From Nocardioidaceae bacterium (GTDB lineage Bacteria > Actinomycetota > Actinomycetes > Propionibacteriales > Nocardioidaceae), in NCBI GenBank assembly GCA_050700835.1, contig JBOHDX010000048.1, positions 1,952-65,951 on the forward strand: 64,000 nt of DNA, given 5' to 3'. This document shows positions 46,701-56,500 of the stretch, in pieces. The translations under genes were made by a program, and so were the position numbers. Position 1 is the first letter of the stretch. Each line of letters starts with the position of its first letter. Under the pieces are notes generated by a model, which saw only the letters and a list, made by a program, of their open reading frames with translations, had not been told where the DNA came from and made no database searches.

Positions 46701-47881
46701 TGGCCGGGGCTGTCGACGCCGAACTGGTTGTTCATCCAGCGGTTGTGGCCGCCGATGAACACCACCGAGTTGGTGATCGCCACACCCCAGACCGTGTCGC
46801 GACCGGTGTAGTCGACCCAGGTCGGCTGCAGGTTCGTGCCCGAGGCGTACGTCTCCCACCGTGCGGCCGAGTCGCACAGCGCGCCGGTCGAGCTGCCGCC
46901 GGTGGCGGTGACCACGAACCAGCTGCCGTCGGGCGAGAACGCCACCCCGCGTACGTCGCTGTCGTACGCCCAGTTGAAGCACAGCGGGCTGTAGCGGGTG
47001 GTGGCCCAGTCGGGTGTCACGGAGGCGGCGGTGGCGCCGAGGGTCACCATGACCAGCTGGTCGCGCGACAGCCCGTCGACGATCTTGAAGTTTCCGATCA
47101 CCGCGAGCCGGTCGTTCTGCGGGTTGACCACCATGTCCGTGGCGCCGATACCGCCTTGCGCACCGCTGCCGGCGTTGTTGTGGTGCACCGACATCTGCAG
47201 GTTCACGTACGGGTCGAGCAGCCCTGTCGAGGCGTCGATGCTGGCGATGCCGACGTGGGCGGCCCCACCCACGGTGGTGAAGTAGCCGCCAAGGAACAGG
47301 TGGCTCCCCGACTGCGCCAGCGTCTGCACCGACCCGTTGCTGACGGCTGCGCGGAAGCTGCTCACGACCGCCCCGGTGGTCGCGTCCAGCACCACCACGT
47401 GGCTGGCTGTTGTCCCGTTGACGGTGGTGAAGGCGCCACCGACATAGATCGTGTTGGGGGTCGGGCCTGGGAGCAGGGCGTTGACGACGCCGTTGAAGAC
47501 CGGGTCGAAGGTCGTACTGATGGCTCCGGTCGTCGCGTCGAACGCGAACAACCCGGTCCGGGAGTACGTGGGGGTGCCGCCGCGGGCGGCGACGGTGGTG
47601 AAGTTGCCGCCGGCGATGAGCATGTTGCCGACCTGCACGATCTGCTGCACGCTCCCGTCCTGCACCCAGGGGGTGAACGCGGCGGGCACCGCGCTGGGCA
47701 GCCCCGGGGTGGAGGTGAAGCCCGCGGCAGGGGTCGCGCTTGTCGCGACGTGGGCCGCGGTGGCTCGATCCGCGGAGTGGGCGGCGTCAGCGGAGGTGGC
47801 CGCGACGGCGGCGGGCATGAGCCCCACCCCGGCCGCCACCGACGTGACCACGCAGACGAGCGCAAAAAGACAACGGCGCAT
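43775..47881 (-). CDS. giant secreted protein P1: signal peptide + beta-propeller-like region + PKD x2 + unknown module X + PKD + X
   Basis: The track ORF is 43775..47923; ATG 47881 gives the signal peptide MRRCLFALVCVVTSVAAG...AVAA, with GGGAG upstream. Repeated 'GGNFTTV...FAFDATTGA' blades are followed by three 'YSWDFGDG...TVTLTVTD' PKD-like units and two roughly 205-aa 'GD.LLL...VSYWADK...SLLADS...ATMWS' modules. Confidence 0.8.
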   Translation of the reverse strand: MRRCLFALVCVVTSVAAGVGLMPAAVAATSADAAHSADRATAAHVATSATPAAGFTSTPGLPSAVPAAFTPWVQDGSVQQIVQVGNMLIAGGNFTTVAARGGTPTYSRTGLFAFDATTGAISTTFDPVFNGVVNALLPGPTPNTIYVGGAFTTVNGTTASHVVVLDATTGAVVSSFRAAVSNGSVQTLAQSGSHLFLGGYFTTVGGAAHVGIASIDASTGLLDPYVNLQMSVHHNNAGSGAQGGIGATDMVVNPQNDRLAVIGNFKIVDGLSRDQLVMVTLGATAASVTPDWATTRYSPLCFNWAYDSDVRGVAFSPDGSWFVVTATGGSSTGALCDSAARWETYASGTNLQPTWVDYTGRDTVWGVAITNSVVFIGGHNRWMNNQFGVDSPGQGAVPRPGLSALDPQTGEPLDWNPGRNPRGVSAKEFYPTNAGIWMGMDTSYVGNYQYKRPRIAFFPYAGGRPVVSNATGSLPGTAFLGGSASTPSTSVAQVSVGSGGTTASVAGAIATSDLDWSQVRGAFMVGTRLYYGYTDGYLYRRDFDGTTFGPAVKVDPYHDPNWATVQTGSGQTYSGTLPTVYSQLGTVTGMAYANGRLYFTRSGSSTLSWVAFSPDSGIMNPAVNTLTGGFNWSRANGMFIAGSTLYVASSTDGSLNAVTLVGGGPSGSSVVVNGPATGGLDWRAKGLFLSSATANLPPTASFAPTCTNMSCASDATSASDQDGTIVSYSWDFGDGGTGTGVTPSYTYTTPGTHTVTLTVTDNSGASTSTTHQVSVQPPVDVPPTASFTGVCSGLDCSFDGSASKDADGSIAAYSWSFGDGSTASGATTTHTYATQGSYLVTLTVTDNQGVSSSTTQSFTVAMASGVAYRGAASYAGSTNKPSVTAPAGVSAGDQLLLVLSTASAGQLATPPPGWSLLGTKTAGSLATTVWTRIAQAGDASRKVAVILATSAKVTLTIADYTGTSLTVQPTFAAASDTTTRASHTTPLVHTVPNSWVVSYWADKGAGTTSWTTPGSVVARSSAVGTLAGHVSSLLADSAGSAATPTYGQQTATANAATGMATMWSIELAPAGATTPPPNQPPTAAFGAVCSDLACTLDGSGSSDPDGSVVSYAWSLGDGATGTGATTSHTWSGTGTYPVTLTVTDDQGAQASVTHDVTVTAPAPVLAFRGAARFAGSATKPTVTIPAADGVGDTLLLFFSTASPGQLITAPTGWTSLGTSTAGTLGTTVWSRTAVAGDAGKKVTVTLPATAKVTLTVAGWSGTNGAAPVAANRVETTSGAAHTTPGVPVAAGDWVVSYWADKNAGTSTWNAPAVTNRASGFGTLSGHVSSLLADSGGPVSGTSYAGQVATANAAAAMATMWSVVLVPGQ

Positions 47882-47931
47882 GAGGATGGCTCCCGAGAAA
47901 GGGGACGGTTGTCCCACGACCATTCAGTCCG

Positions 47932-47937
47932 ATTAAA
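47932..47937 (-). promoter_or_regulatory. TTTAAT hexamer 50 nt upstream of the P1 start (shared TTAA-core motif)
   Basis: See the matching hexamers upstream of P2, P3 and P4. It lies in a low-GC island. Confidence 0.3.
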
Positions 47938-48083
47938 GAACACCGAGCCGGTGCGCGTACCGGTAATCCGGCACAGGAGGGCCGCTGGCTGATAAGTACT
48001 TCGCTGCGTATTCCGGTGATTACCCAGCGTGCGGGAATACGAGGTCGAAGAGTGCTGTGCGCACCGAGCTTCGGCGGATCCGG

Positions 48084-48866
48084 TCAGCCTGTCGTGTCCA
48101 GGAAGTCGAGTATCGCGCCGGCGAGCTCCGGCCGGCAGACGATCAGGTCTGGCAGCAGCGGGTCGGCGTGGTTGTACGTCAGCGGCGACCCGTCCACCCG
48201 GCTGGTGTGCAGCCCGGCGGCCCGGGCCACCGCCACCGGGGCGGCGGAGTCCCACTCGTACTGCCCGCCGGCATGCACGTAGGCATCGGAGACGTCCCGG
48301 ACAACGGAGATCACCTTGGCGCCGGCCGACCCCATCGGCACCAGGTCCGCGCCCAGCCGCTCGGCGAGTGCAGCCACGAAGTCCGGCGGCCGGGTCCGGC
48401 TGACGGCGATCCGCGGCCGCGGCGCCGAGCTGGCCGGCAGCACCGGAGGCACGCCGGTGTGGAACGTCGCGTCCAGTCCCGGCAGCGCCACTGCGCCGGC
48501 GACCAGCTCGCCCTCGGACCACAGCGCCACGTGGACGGCCCAGTCGTCGCGCGGCGGCTCGGAGAACTCGCGGGTGCCGTCCAGCGGGTCGACGATCCAG
48601 ACCCGGTCAGCGGCCAGGCGTACCGGGTCGTCCTTGCCCTCCTCGGACAACACCGCGTCGGCCGGCCGGTGCCGGGCCAACAGCCGCATCAGTAGCTCGT
48701 GGCTGGTCAGGTCACCGGCGTCCTTGAGCTCCTTGCCGGTCAGACCGGACTGCCTGACCTCGAGCAGACGCCGACCGGCCACGGTGGCGAGCCAGGCGGC
48801 CAGCGCGTGGTCGTCGACGTCGACGCGGGGAGGCGCCGGATCGCCGGCGCCGGATGGTGAAGTCAC
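48084..48866 (-). CDS. cysQ: 3'(2'),5'-bisphosphate nucleotidase / inositol monophosphatase-family protein (CysQ-like)
   Basis: This is the last 260 aa of ORF 48084..49484 (GTG 48866; the start is uncertain). 'VLSEEG', 'WIVDPLDGTREF' and 'YEWDSAAP' are IMPase/CysQ motifs. Confidence 0.75.
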   Translation of the reverse strand: MTSPSGAGDPAPPRVDVDDHALAAWLATVAGRRLLEVRQSGLTGKELKDAGDLTSHELLMRLLARHRPADAVLSEEGKDDPVRLAADRVWIVDPLDGTREFSEPPRDDWAVHVALWSEGELVAGAVALPGLDATFHTGVPPVLPASSAPRPRIAVSRTRPPDFVAALAERLGADLVPMGSAGAKVISVVRDVSDAYVHAGGQYEWDSAAPVAVARAAGLHTSRVDGSPLTYNHADPLLPDLIVCRPELAGAILDFLDTTG

Positions 48867-48991
48867 GACATCGGACTCTACGGGGCCCACCGACCCGGCG
48901 GCTCCGCCGGTGGGGACCCGAGAATCGACATCACCGCCGCCCCGACAACCCGAATGCCGATTCTTCGGTGGTCGACCCGGGCCGAGGCGAG

Positions 48992-51904
48992 TCAGGGAGT
49001 GGGGGCCGGCCGCAGGCCGAGCACCAGCGTGATCGTGCTGTTCAGGGCACCGGCCCGGGTGGCCTCCCGGGCGGGATAGGTCTCCGCCGGAACGACGGCT
49101 CCACTGTCGGCGAGCAGGCTGGTGATGTTGCCGCCACCGGACCCGATGGACGACTCTCGCTGCGCCACCTCGCTGGGGGGCAACCAGGCGGTCGACGACG
49201 ATGACTTGCCGGCCCAGTAGGTGAGGACCCAACCGTCGGCGTCGACGCCGAGCCTCGCGGTGCGAGCGTTCGTGGTGGCCACCGTGTCGCTGGACCACGC
49301 CATCGGCGTCAACGGGTTCCCTTGGTTGACCCCGCTGTACGTTGCCACGTCCAGGGTGGACTTCGCGGTGGTCCCCGCCAGTCCCACCGTGATGGCGCTG
49401 CCGGGTGTGTCGTTGGAGGTCGCCGGCTTGTACCAGACCGACGACTCCATGGCGGGGGTCGACTTGGTCCCGGCCAACGACCACCCGGTCACGGTCGGCT
49501 GTGGGGTCGCGACGCCGCTCGAGACGACGAGCACCATCGTGTCTCCCGGCGTCGTCCCCGCCGGCACGGTGACGGTGGCGCTCGGGAACCGGGGACTCGT
49601 CGACGCGGTCGCAGACGTGGAGCCCACGAAGCCGATGATGCTGGACGCCAGCGGGGAGACCTTCTGGTCGCTGGTCACGCTGGCGCGGTCGTCGTCAGTG
49701 ACGGTGAGCCGGACCGTGTACGTCCCGCTGTCGGCATAGCCGTGGACGACGTGCGCCCCGGTGGCCGCTGCCGTCCCGTCCCCGAAGTCCCAGCGGTACG
49801 AGGTGATGATGCCGTCGGGATCGTGTGAGGCGCCCGCGTCGAAGGAGCACTGTGCGCCGGCACAGTCGGCGGTGAACGACGCGACCGGCGGGCGGTTGGT
49901 CCCAGGGGCCGCGCCCGCGAACAGCACCATCCCTCGGGCCGCCCAGCGCATCGGGACACCGCCCGTCCGCACGACTGTCGCCCGTCCTAGCGTGCGCCCG
50001 GCGTGGAAGGCGACCCGGTGCAGCACCCCTGCCCTGGTGGAGAAGTAGAGCCAGCGGCCGCTGATGAACGACCCGGCGACGTTGCGCCAGTTGACCGCGC
50101 TTGGCACCGCCGTGCCGATGGCCGCCATGACCCCGCTGTCGACCGAGAAGGCTCGTTCGTACAAGCGGCAACTGCGCGCCATCGTGTAGTAGAGCCGGCC
50201 GCGGTTGTAGCTCAGGCTCGTCAGCTGCGGGATCTGGCGGTAGAACATCGGATACCTACCGGCATAGGTCTGTCCGGAGCCGGTCTGCACGTTGTCCCAC
50301 GCCGGATCGTGGTACGGGTCGACGAGTCGGGCCCCACCAAGCACCGACCCGTAGAACGGGCGTTGGTACAGCCGTCCGTTGGTCCACCCGTAGTAGAGCG
50401 TCTTGTCGACCATGAACGCACCGCGGACCCCGCTCCAGTCCATCCCGGCGAACGCCCGCGGAGCACGGTCGAACCGCACGCGTGAGCCGTTGAACCGCAC
50501 CTGCTGCACCTGACCGCCACGAGTGGCGCCGAGCAGGTAGACGTCGTCCGGCAGCGCGCCGGTATAGCCACGTGGCAGCGTCGAGCCGCCGGGCGCCGGC
50601 AGCAGGGCAAGCCGCGGGCGAAGGTACCGGCGGTTCCCGATCCACTGGGTGTCGCTGCCAACCCACAGACCATCCCGGGTCAGCAGCAGTGCCGCGGTGC
50701 CGTAGCCGCGAGGATTGCGACCCGGGTTCCAGGTCAGAGGGAGCCCGGTGCCTGGGTCGAGCGCCGCCAGCCCCGGGCGCGGCACCGCACCGGCGCCCGC
50801 CACGTTGGCGCCCTCGGGGTTGTTCAGCCAGCGCTGGTGGCCGCCGACGTACACCGCCGATCCGCTGATCGCCACCGACAGCAACGTGTCCTGGCCGGTG
50901 GGCGCCACCCAGGTGGGCAGCAGCCGGGTGCCGACGGCGCGGGTCTCCCACCGGCTGGCGGAGTCGCACAGGCCGTGGATGCTACCGCCGCTGGTGGTCA
51001 CCACGAAGTAGCGGCCGTTGGGTGCGAACGCGACCTGCCGGACGTACGCATCGAACCGCTTCGGCAGGCACAGTCGCGTGAACGAGCCGGTCGCCCAGCT
51101 GCGGGTCACGCCGATTCGCCGGCCCAAGGTGATCATGGCCAGCTGCGGCCGGGGAAGTCCGTCCGCACGCATGAAGTTGCCGTCCACCACCAGCCGGCTG
51201 CCGTCCGGGGACACGTCGAGCGACCGAGCGCCGACTCCCGCCGACGTGCCCCTCCGGGCCTGCCCGTGGTAGCCGGACAGCTGCACCTGCATCGCCCGCA
51301 CCAGCGTCCCGCTGACGGAGCGCAACGCCGCGATCCCGCGGTGCCAGCGCCCGTCGACCTGGGTGAACACTCCACCGATGTACAGCCGTCCCCGGTGCAC
51401 CGCCATCGTGTTGACTGCGCCGTTGATCCGTGGCGCGGCGAACCCCCGCACCCCGCGCCCGGTCGCCAGCGACAGCCGCAGCACGCTTCCGCGGTTCCTG
51501 TGGGGGCGGCGCCCGAACGACTCCGCCACCAGGACCGACCGGCCGTCCGGGCCGGGTTGCACGGCGCTGACGGTGCCGGTCAGCCGAGGTGCGAAGCCGG
51601 TCAGCAGCTGTCCTGTGCTGCGGTCGAAGGCGGCGATGTGCAGCCGGCTCAGCGGCACGCTGCTGCCCGGGTTCGCGACCTGGGTGAAGGTGCCGGCGAT
51701 CACGATGGTCCGCCCGATCGCGGTGATCGCGTCAACCCGGCCGTCCAGCACTGCGGGCGTCCTGGCGCTCGGCAACGCCGAGACCGTGCGCCTGGGGGCG
51801 ACCGCGGCCGCCGTCGACGTCGGCAACACCGCGCCTCCCAGCACCGCGCAGCTCAGCACCGCGCAGGCCGAAGCCAGCACTGTGGTGAGGGGTCGACGAT
51901 GCAC
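48992..51904 (-). CDS. giant secreted protein P2: signal peptide + propeller-like region + PKD x1 + module X
   Basis: 970-aa ORF with a GTG start 5 nt after GGGGAG and the signal peptide MHRRPLTTVLASACAVLSCAVLGG. It is a more divergent paralog of P1, P3 and P4: 'RWETRAVGT', 'GAVPRPGLAALDPGTGLPLTWNPGRNPRG', a PKD unit 'YRWDFGDGT...TVRLTVTDD', and module X 'LTYWAGK...SLLADS'. Confidence 0.8.
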   Translation of the reverse strand: MHRRPLTTVLASACAVLSCAVLGGAVLPTSTAAAVAPRRTVSALPSARTPAVLDGRVDAITAIGRTIVIAGTFTQVANPGSSVPLSRLHIAAFDRSTGQLLTGFAPRLTGTVSAVQPGPDGRSVLVAESFGRRPHRNRGSVLRLSLATGRGVRGFAAPRINGAVNTMAVHRGRLYIGGVFTQVDGRWHRGIAALRSVSGTLVRAMQVQLSGYHGQARRGTSAGVGARSLDVSPDGSRLVVDGNFMRADGLPRPQLAMITLGRRIGVTRSWATGSFTRLCLPKRFDAYVRQVAFAPNGRYFVVTTSGGSIHGLCDSASRWETRAVGTRLLPTWVAPTGQDTLLSVAISGSAVYVGGHQRWLNNPEGANVAGAGAVPRPGLAALDPGTGLPLTWNPGRNPRGYGTAALLLTRDGLWVGSDTQWIGNRRYLRPRLALLPAPGGSTLPRGYTGALPDDVYLLGATRGGQVQQVRFNGSRVRFDRAPRAFAGMDWSGVRGAFMVDKTLYYGWTNGRLYQRPFYGSVLGGARLVDPYHDPAWDNVQTGSGQTYAGRYPMFYRQIPQLTSLSYNRGRLYYTMARSCRLYERAFSVDSGVMAAIGTAVPSAVNWRNVAGSFISGRWLYFSTRAGVLHRVAFHAGRTLGRATVVRTGGVPMRWAARGMVLFAGAAPGTNRPPVASFTADCAGAQCSFDAGASHDPDGIITSYRWDFGDGTAAATGAHVVHGYADSGTYTVRLTVTDDDRASVTSDQKVSPLASSIIGFVGSTSATASTSPRFPSATVTVPAGTTPGDTMVLVVSSGVATPQPTVTGWSLAGTKSTPAMESSVWYKPATSNDTPGSAITVGLAGTTAKSTLDVATYSGVNQGNPLTPMAWSSDTVATTNARTARLGVDADGWVLTYWAGKSSSSTAWLPPSEVAQRESSIGSGGGNITSLLADSGAVVPAETYPAREATRAGALNSTITLVLGLRPAPTP

Positions 51905-51951
51905 TATTTCTCCCCGAGATCGCGATCAATGCTGTCGAGTCAGACTCCGCA

Positions 51952-51957
51952 ATTAAA
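51952..51957 (-). promoter_or_regulatory. TTTAAT hexamer 47 nt upstream of the P2 start
   Basis: A TTGTGG hexamer lies 18 nt further upstream. It lies in a low-GC island. Confidence 0.3.
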
Positions 51958-52196
51958 GGCGACGATCGAGGTCTGCCCACAAGTTATCCACAAGGACAGG
52001 GGAAATCGCACCCATAATTCGGCGCTGTGTTAGTCCACGGCTACACCGCGTAACCACAATCGGCCGATTGGAACCAAGATTCTGCAACCCTTCGCGTGGT
52101 CCTTCCGGAACCACCCAATGGCATCGATGGACCATCGCCGCAGGCGCGCCGCGCGCGTAGCGTCGCGTGGCAGGCAACCGTCGCGGGAGGGTCGAG

Positions 52197-53560
52197 ATGG
52201 GTACGAAGCGCATCAATGCAGTGGTGGCGGCCGTCGCGGCGGCCGGCCTCGTCCTGGTCCCGGCGACCGCCAGCGGCGCGGGCACCAGCACGCCCCCCGG
52301 GTCGGACTGGCTCGCCTACGGCCGCAACGCCGGACACACGTCGGCGTCCTTCGGCGACCCTGCGATCACCACGTCCAACGCAGGAAGCCTGTCAGCGAAG
52401 TGGCACTTCACCCCCGGTACGTCGTTCGACGCCAGTCCGACCGTCGCGGCCGGGCGGGTCTTCATCGGCGGCCGCAACGCCGTCGTCTATGCACTCGACG
52501 CGAAGACGGGTGCACTCCTGTGGCAGCGCCAGCTCGACAAGGGCTCGAGGACGTACTGCCCGGCCAAGGGAATCGTGGGCACCGCCACCGTCGCGCCGGA
52601 CCCGGTGACCGGGGTGTCGACCGTGTACACGCCCGGCGCGCATTTCCTGTACGCCTTGAACGCCGCCACCGGAGCGGTCGTCTGGAAGACCGCGATCGGG
52701 CCGGTGGCCGGATCTTCATGGGTCTGGCGGCCGACTGCGAGTCCCGGCTGATCCGTGGCGGGGTGGTGTCACTCGACCAGCACACCGGCGCCATCCAGCA
52801 CACCTACTACGCCGTTCCGGCCGGAAAGGTCGGGGCAAGCGTGTGGAGCAGCGAGGCGAGCGACGGCACGTCGGTGTGGGCGACCACCGGCAACCCGGAC
52901 CCGCACGGCACCACGATCGACGACGCGTACTCGATCGTGCGCCTGTCGGCGTCGACGATGGCCCGCCAGGACAAGTGGACCGCGCCGCTGGGCCAGGCGG
53001 CCGACCTCGACTTCGGCAGCTCCCCCACCATCTTCAAGGGGACCGTGGGCGGGGTCTCCACCGGACTCGTGGGTGCCTGCAACAAGAACGGCGTCTTCTA
53101 CGCCTGGAACAAGGCGAACCTCGCCGCCGGTCCGGTGTGGTCCGCGCAGGTCGCCGGGTCGGAGTCGAGCGGCAAGGGCTTCTGCATCACCTCGGCCGCC
53201 TGGGACTTCGCGGCCCAGCACCTGTTCGTCGCGACCCAGACCAGCACCCTGAACGGACTGCCCGTCCACGGTGCACTGCGCGAGCTCGATCCCTCGACCG
53301 GTGCGTTCCTGTGGCAGACCGCGCTGCCGTGCGGCGTGGACGGCAGCCCCACCCTCAACGGCTCGACCAACGTGTTGGCGGTGCCACAGTTCAGCTGCCC
53401 GACCGGGGTCGCCCCGTCGGTACGCCTGTTCAACGAGACTACCGGGGCCGCGATCGGCTCGGTGCCCGCCAGTGACAAGGTGTTCGCCCAGCCGGTGTTC
53501 GCCGAGGGCCAGCTGCTGGTCGCCGACGAGGCCGGCCACCTCACGTCCTACGGCCCGTGA
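52197..53560 (+). pseudogene. PQQ-like beta-propeller (BamB/PQQ-repeat-like) secreted protein, reading frame broken near 52698-52712
   Basis: The N-terminal 184 aa (ATG 52197 after GGGAGG; signal peptide MGTKRINAVVAAVAAAGLVLVPATASG; 'VVYALDAKTGALLWQ', 'LYALNAATGAVVWK') are in the frame of ORF 52167..52751. The homologous continuation ('GRIFMGLAADCESRLIRGGVVSLDQHTG...', 'FYAWNKANLAAGPVW', 'LRELDPSTGAFLWQ') is in the -1 frame of ORF 52118..53560. Confidence 0.6.
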
Positions 53561-53588
53561 CGTCGACCGCCTGACACCCGTCGTGATG

Positions 53589-56500
53589 TCAGTCGGCCGG
53601 CAGTACGACCGACCACATCGTGGCCATCCGCGCCGCGGCGTCGGCCGTCGCGGTCAGCCCACCACGCGTACCCGCCGAGACCGGCCCACCGGAGTCGGCC
53701 AGCAACGACGCCACCCGACCGGTCTTGACCCCGACCGACTGCGCCCGCCGAACAAGACCCGCTGGCAGCGTCCACGACGTCGTGGTTGAGGACTTGTCGG
53801 CCCAGTACGACACCACCCACGCACCGCTACCGGCCGCGACGGTCGGCGTGGTGTGCGCCGCGGACGACGCGGCGTCCTGGGCCGTGGCGAAGCTCGGGGT
53901 GGCGCTGGTGCCGCGGTAGGCCGCGACCGAGAGCGTCACCTTCGACCGACCGCCGAGCCGCACCTTCACCAGCGCGCCGGCCTCCCCGGTGGCGGCCATC
54001 CGGGTCCACATCGTGGTGCCCAGCGTCCTGGCCGTGTTCGAGCCCAGCCGGCTCCACCCGGCCGGCGGCGTGGCGCTGCGCGCTGGGCTGTTGGTGCTGA
54101 GCACCAGCAGCAGGCGGTCACCGGCCGCCACCCCGGCCGGGATCCGCACACCGGGAGCGGTGGTGTTGCCGGCGACCGAGTCCGCGCCCACGAACCGGAC
54201 CGCACCCTGACCCGGCTGCACCGCCGTCACCGAGTGCGACACCGTGCTGGTGCCGCCCTTGTCGTCGGTCACCGTGAGGCTGACCGTGTAGGCGTTCGGC
54301 GTCGAGTAGGTGTGCGACGGCGTCGCCCCCGCACCGGTGCTGTTGTCGCCGAAGCTCCAGGCGTACGCCGTGATCGACCCGTCGGGATCGTGGGACGCGG
54401 TTGCGTCGAGTCCACAGGTCATCCCGGTGCACGACGGGCTGAAGGCCGCGACCGGGGCTTGGTTCCCGGCGGGACCGCCACTGGGCGGGGCGACCGTGAC
54501 CGTCTTCGTCGCGGTGCCGGTCGCGCCCTTGTCGTCGGTGACGGTCAGCGTCACCGGGTACGTACCGGCGCGCACGTAGGTGTGCGGCGGGTTCGCAGCG
54601 GTGGACGTGGCGCCGTCACCGAACGCCCACTTGAACCGCCTGACGATCCCGTCGGGGTCGTGGGACCCCGACCCGTTGAACGCGCAGGCAAGCCCGCTGC
54701 ACGACGATCCGATCACCGCGCTCGGCGGTTGGTTGGCGGTCCCGGCGAGCCGAAGCGTCCAGCTGGTGGTGTTGGTCAACCCCTGTGCGTCGGCGACGGT
54801 CATCGTCACGGTGAAGAAGGCACCGGCCGCGCCGTAGTTGTGCGACGTGGTCCTGCCGGTGCCACGGGTCCCGTCGCCGAAGTACCACGTGTAGGACACG
54901 ATCCCACCGTCGTCGGTGGAGCTGGACGCGTCGAAGCTGCAGGTGGTGGCGGTGCAGGTGGGGACGAACTGCGCGACCGGCGGCTGGTTCTGGGGGGAGA
55001 ACAAGAACAGCCCGGGCGTCGCCCAGTTAAACGCGGAGTTGACCTTCGACGACGACCCGAGGGGCGCGCCGCCCGCGCTCATCGGCACGGCGTTCAAGGA
55101 GCCGTCCGTCGACGACCCGACGTACAGCGTGGACCCGCTGAAGAACATGCCACGGGCGTGGCTCCAGCTGAAGCCGCCGGAGTAGTTGGTGGCGATCGGG
55201 TTCACGATCCCGCTGTCCGGCGTGAACAGCACCGAGTGCAGCTGTGCGTTGCCGTTCAGCGTGTAGTACAGCCGGCCGTTGCTGTACGCCATCCCGCTGA
55301 CCGAGCCGGACCGGAACGAGTCGTACAACGGCGGCGAGACGCCGACGTAGGTCTGGCCGCTGCCGGTCTGCACGTTGCTCCAGACCGGATCGTGGTACGG
55401 GTCGATCTTGACCGCCGGGCCGAAGGCCGTGCCGTTGAACGTCCGCTTGTACAAGAACCCGTCGGTGTAGCCGTAGAACAAGGTGGCGCCGACCAGGGTC
55501 GCGCCGCGCACCTTGGTCCAGTCGAACCCGGGCGTGGACAGGCTGCCGGCGGCCGTGGCGATCGAACCGGACCCGCTCAGCGACACCATCGGGACGGCGT
55601 TCGCGCCGCCGGAGCCGCCGAGCAGAACCCTGCCGGGCAGAGTGCTCACAGTGGTCGGCGCGACGGGCCGGCCCCCGGTGTAGGGGAAGAACACCAACCG
55701 CGGGTGGTGGTACCGGTGGTTTCCAACCCAGTCGGTGTCCATCCCCATCCAGATCCCCTGGTTGGTGGGCAGGAACACCTTCGCCGACACTCCGCGCGGG
55801 TTGCGTCCGGGGTTCCAGTCCAACGGCTCGCCGCTGACCGGATCGAGCGCCGACAGGCCAGGTCGCGGTACCGCGCCGGCTCGGGCGTTGTCGGTGCCGT
55901 TGGGGTTGTTCATCCACCGGTTGTGCCCCCCGACGTAGACCACGTCGTCGGTGACCGCCACGCCCCACACCGTGTCCCGGCCGGTGAGGTCGACCCACGT
56001 CGGGTCCAGGCTGGTGCCGGTGGCGTAGGTCTCCCAGCGGGCCGCCGCGTCGCACAGCGCCCCCGGCTGGCTGCCGCCGGTCGCGGTCACCACGAAGAAC
56101 GTCCCGTCGGGCGAGAACGCCACGCCGCGCACGTCACTGTCGTACGCTCGCGCGATGCAGGTCGGGCTGTAGCGGTTGGTCGCCCAGTTCGACGTCACCG
56201 ACGCCGAAGTGGCGCCGAGGGTGATCATCACCAGCTGGTCGCGAAGCATCCCGTTCGCGGTCTTGAAGTTGCCGATCACCACCAGCCGGTCGCCCTGGGC
56301 GTTGATGTCCATCTCGTTGCCGCCGATCGCGCCACGCGCACCGCCGGGGACGGTGTTGTGGTGGCCGTCGAGCTGGACGCCCATGTAGGGGTCCAGCGCG
56401 CCGGTGGTCGCGTTCATGGTGGCCAGGCCCGAGTGGGCGACCCCGCCGACGGTGCGGAAGTTGCCGCCGACGAACAGCCGGTTTCCCAGCCGCGCCAGCG

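Noticed and set aside
45392-47992. Very long plus-strand ORFs inside the paralog locus: 866 aa here, 1010 aa at 53853..56885 and 435 aa at 59922..61229.
   Set aside because: All are antisense to the P1, P3 and P4 genes, which have signal peptides, RBSs and recurring domain motifs. Each of these ORFs ends in the low-GC upstream islands, as expected for GC-driven open frames.
47362-48522. 386-aa minus-strand ORF overlapping the 5' end of P1 and cysQ.
   Set aside because: It is out of frame with both supported genes, has Arg/Pro/Ala-rich junk composition, and spans the low-GC intergenic island.
52690-52720. Programmed -1 ribosomal frameshift in the PQQ-like gene.
   Set aside because: There is no slippery heptamer or obvious stimulatory structure. 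An indel in a G/C-rich stretch (pseudogene or sequencing error) is the simpler explanation.
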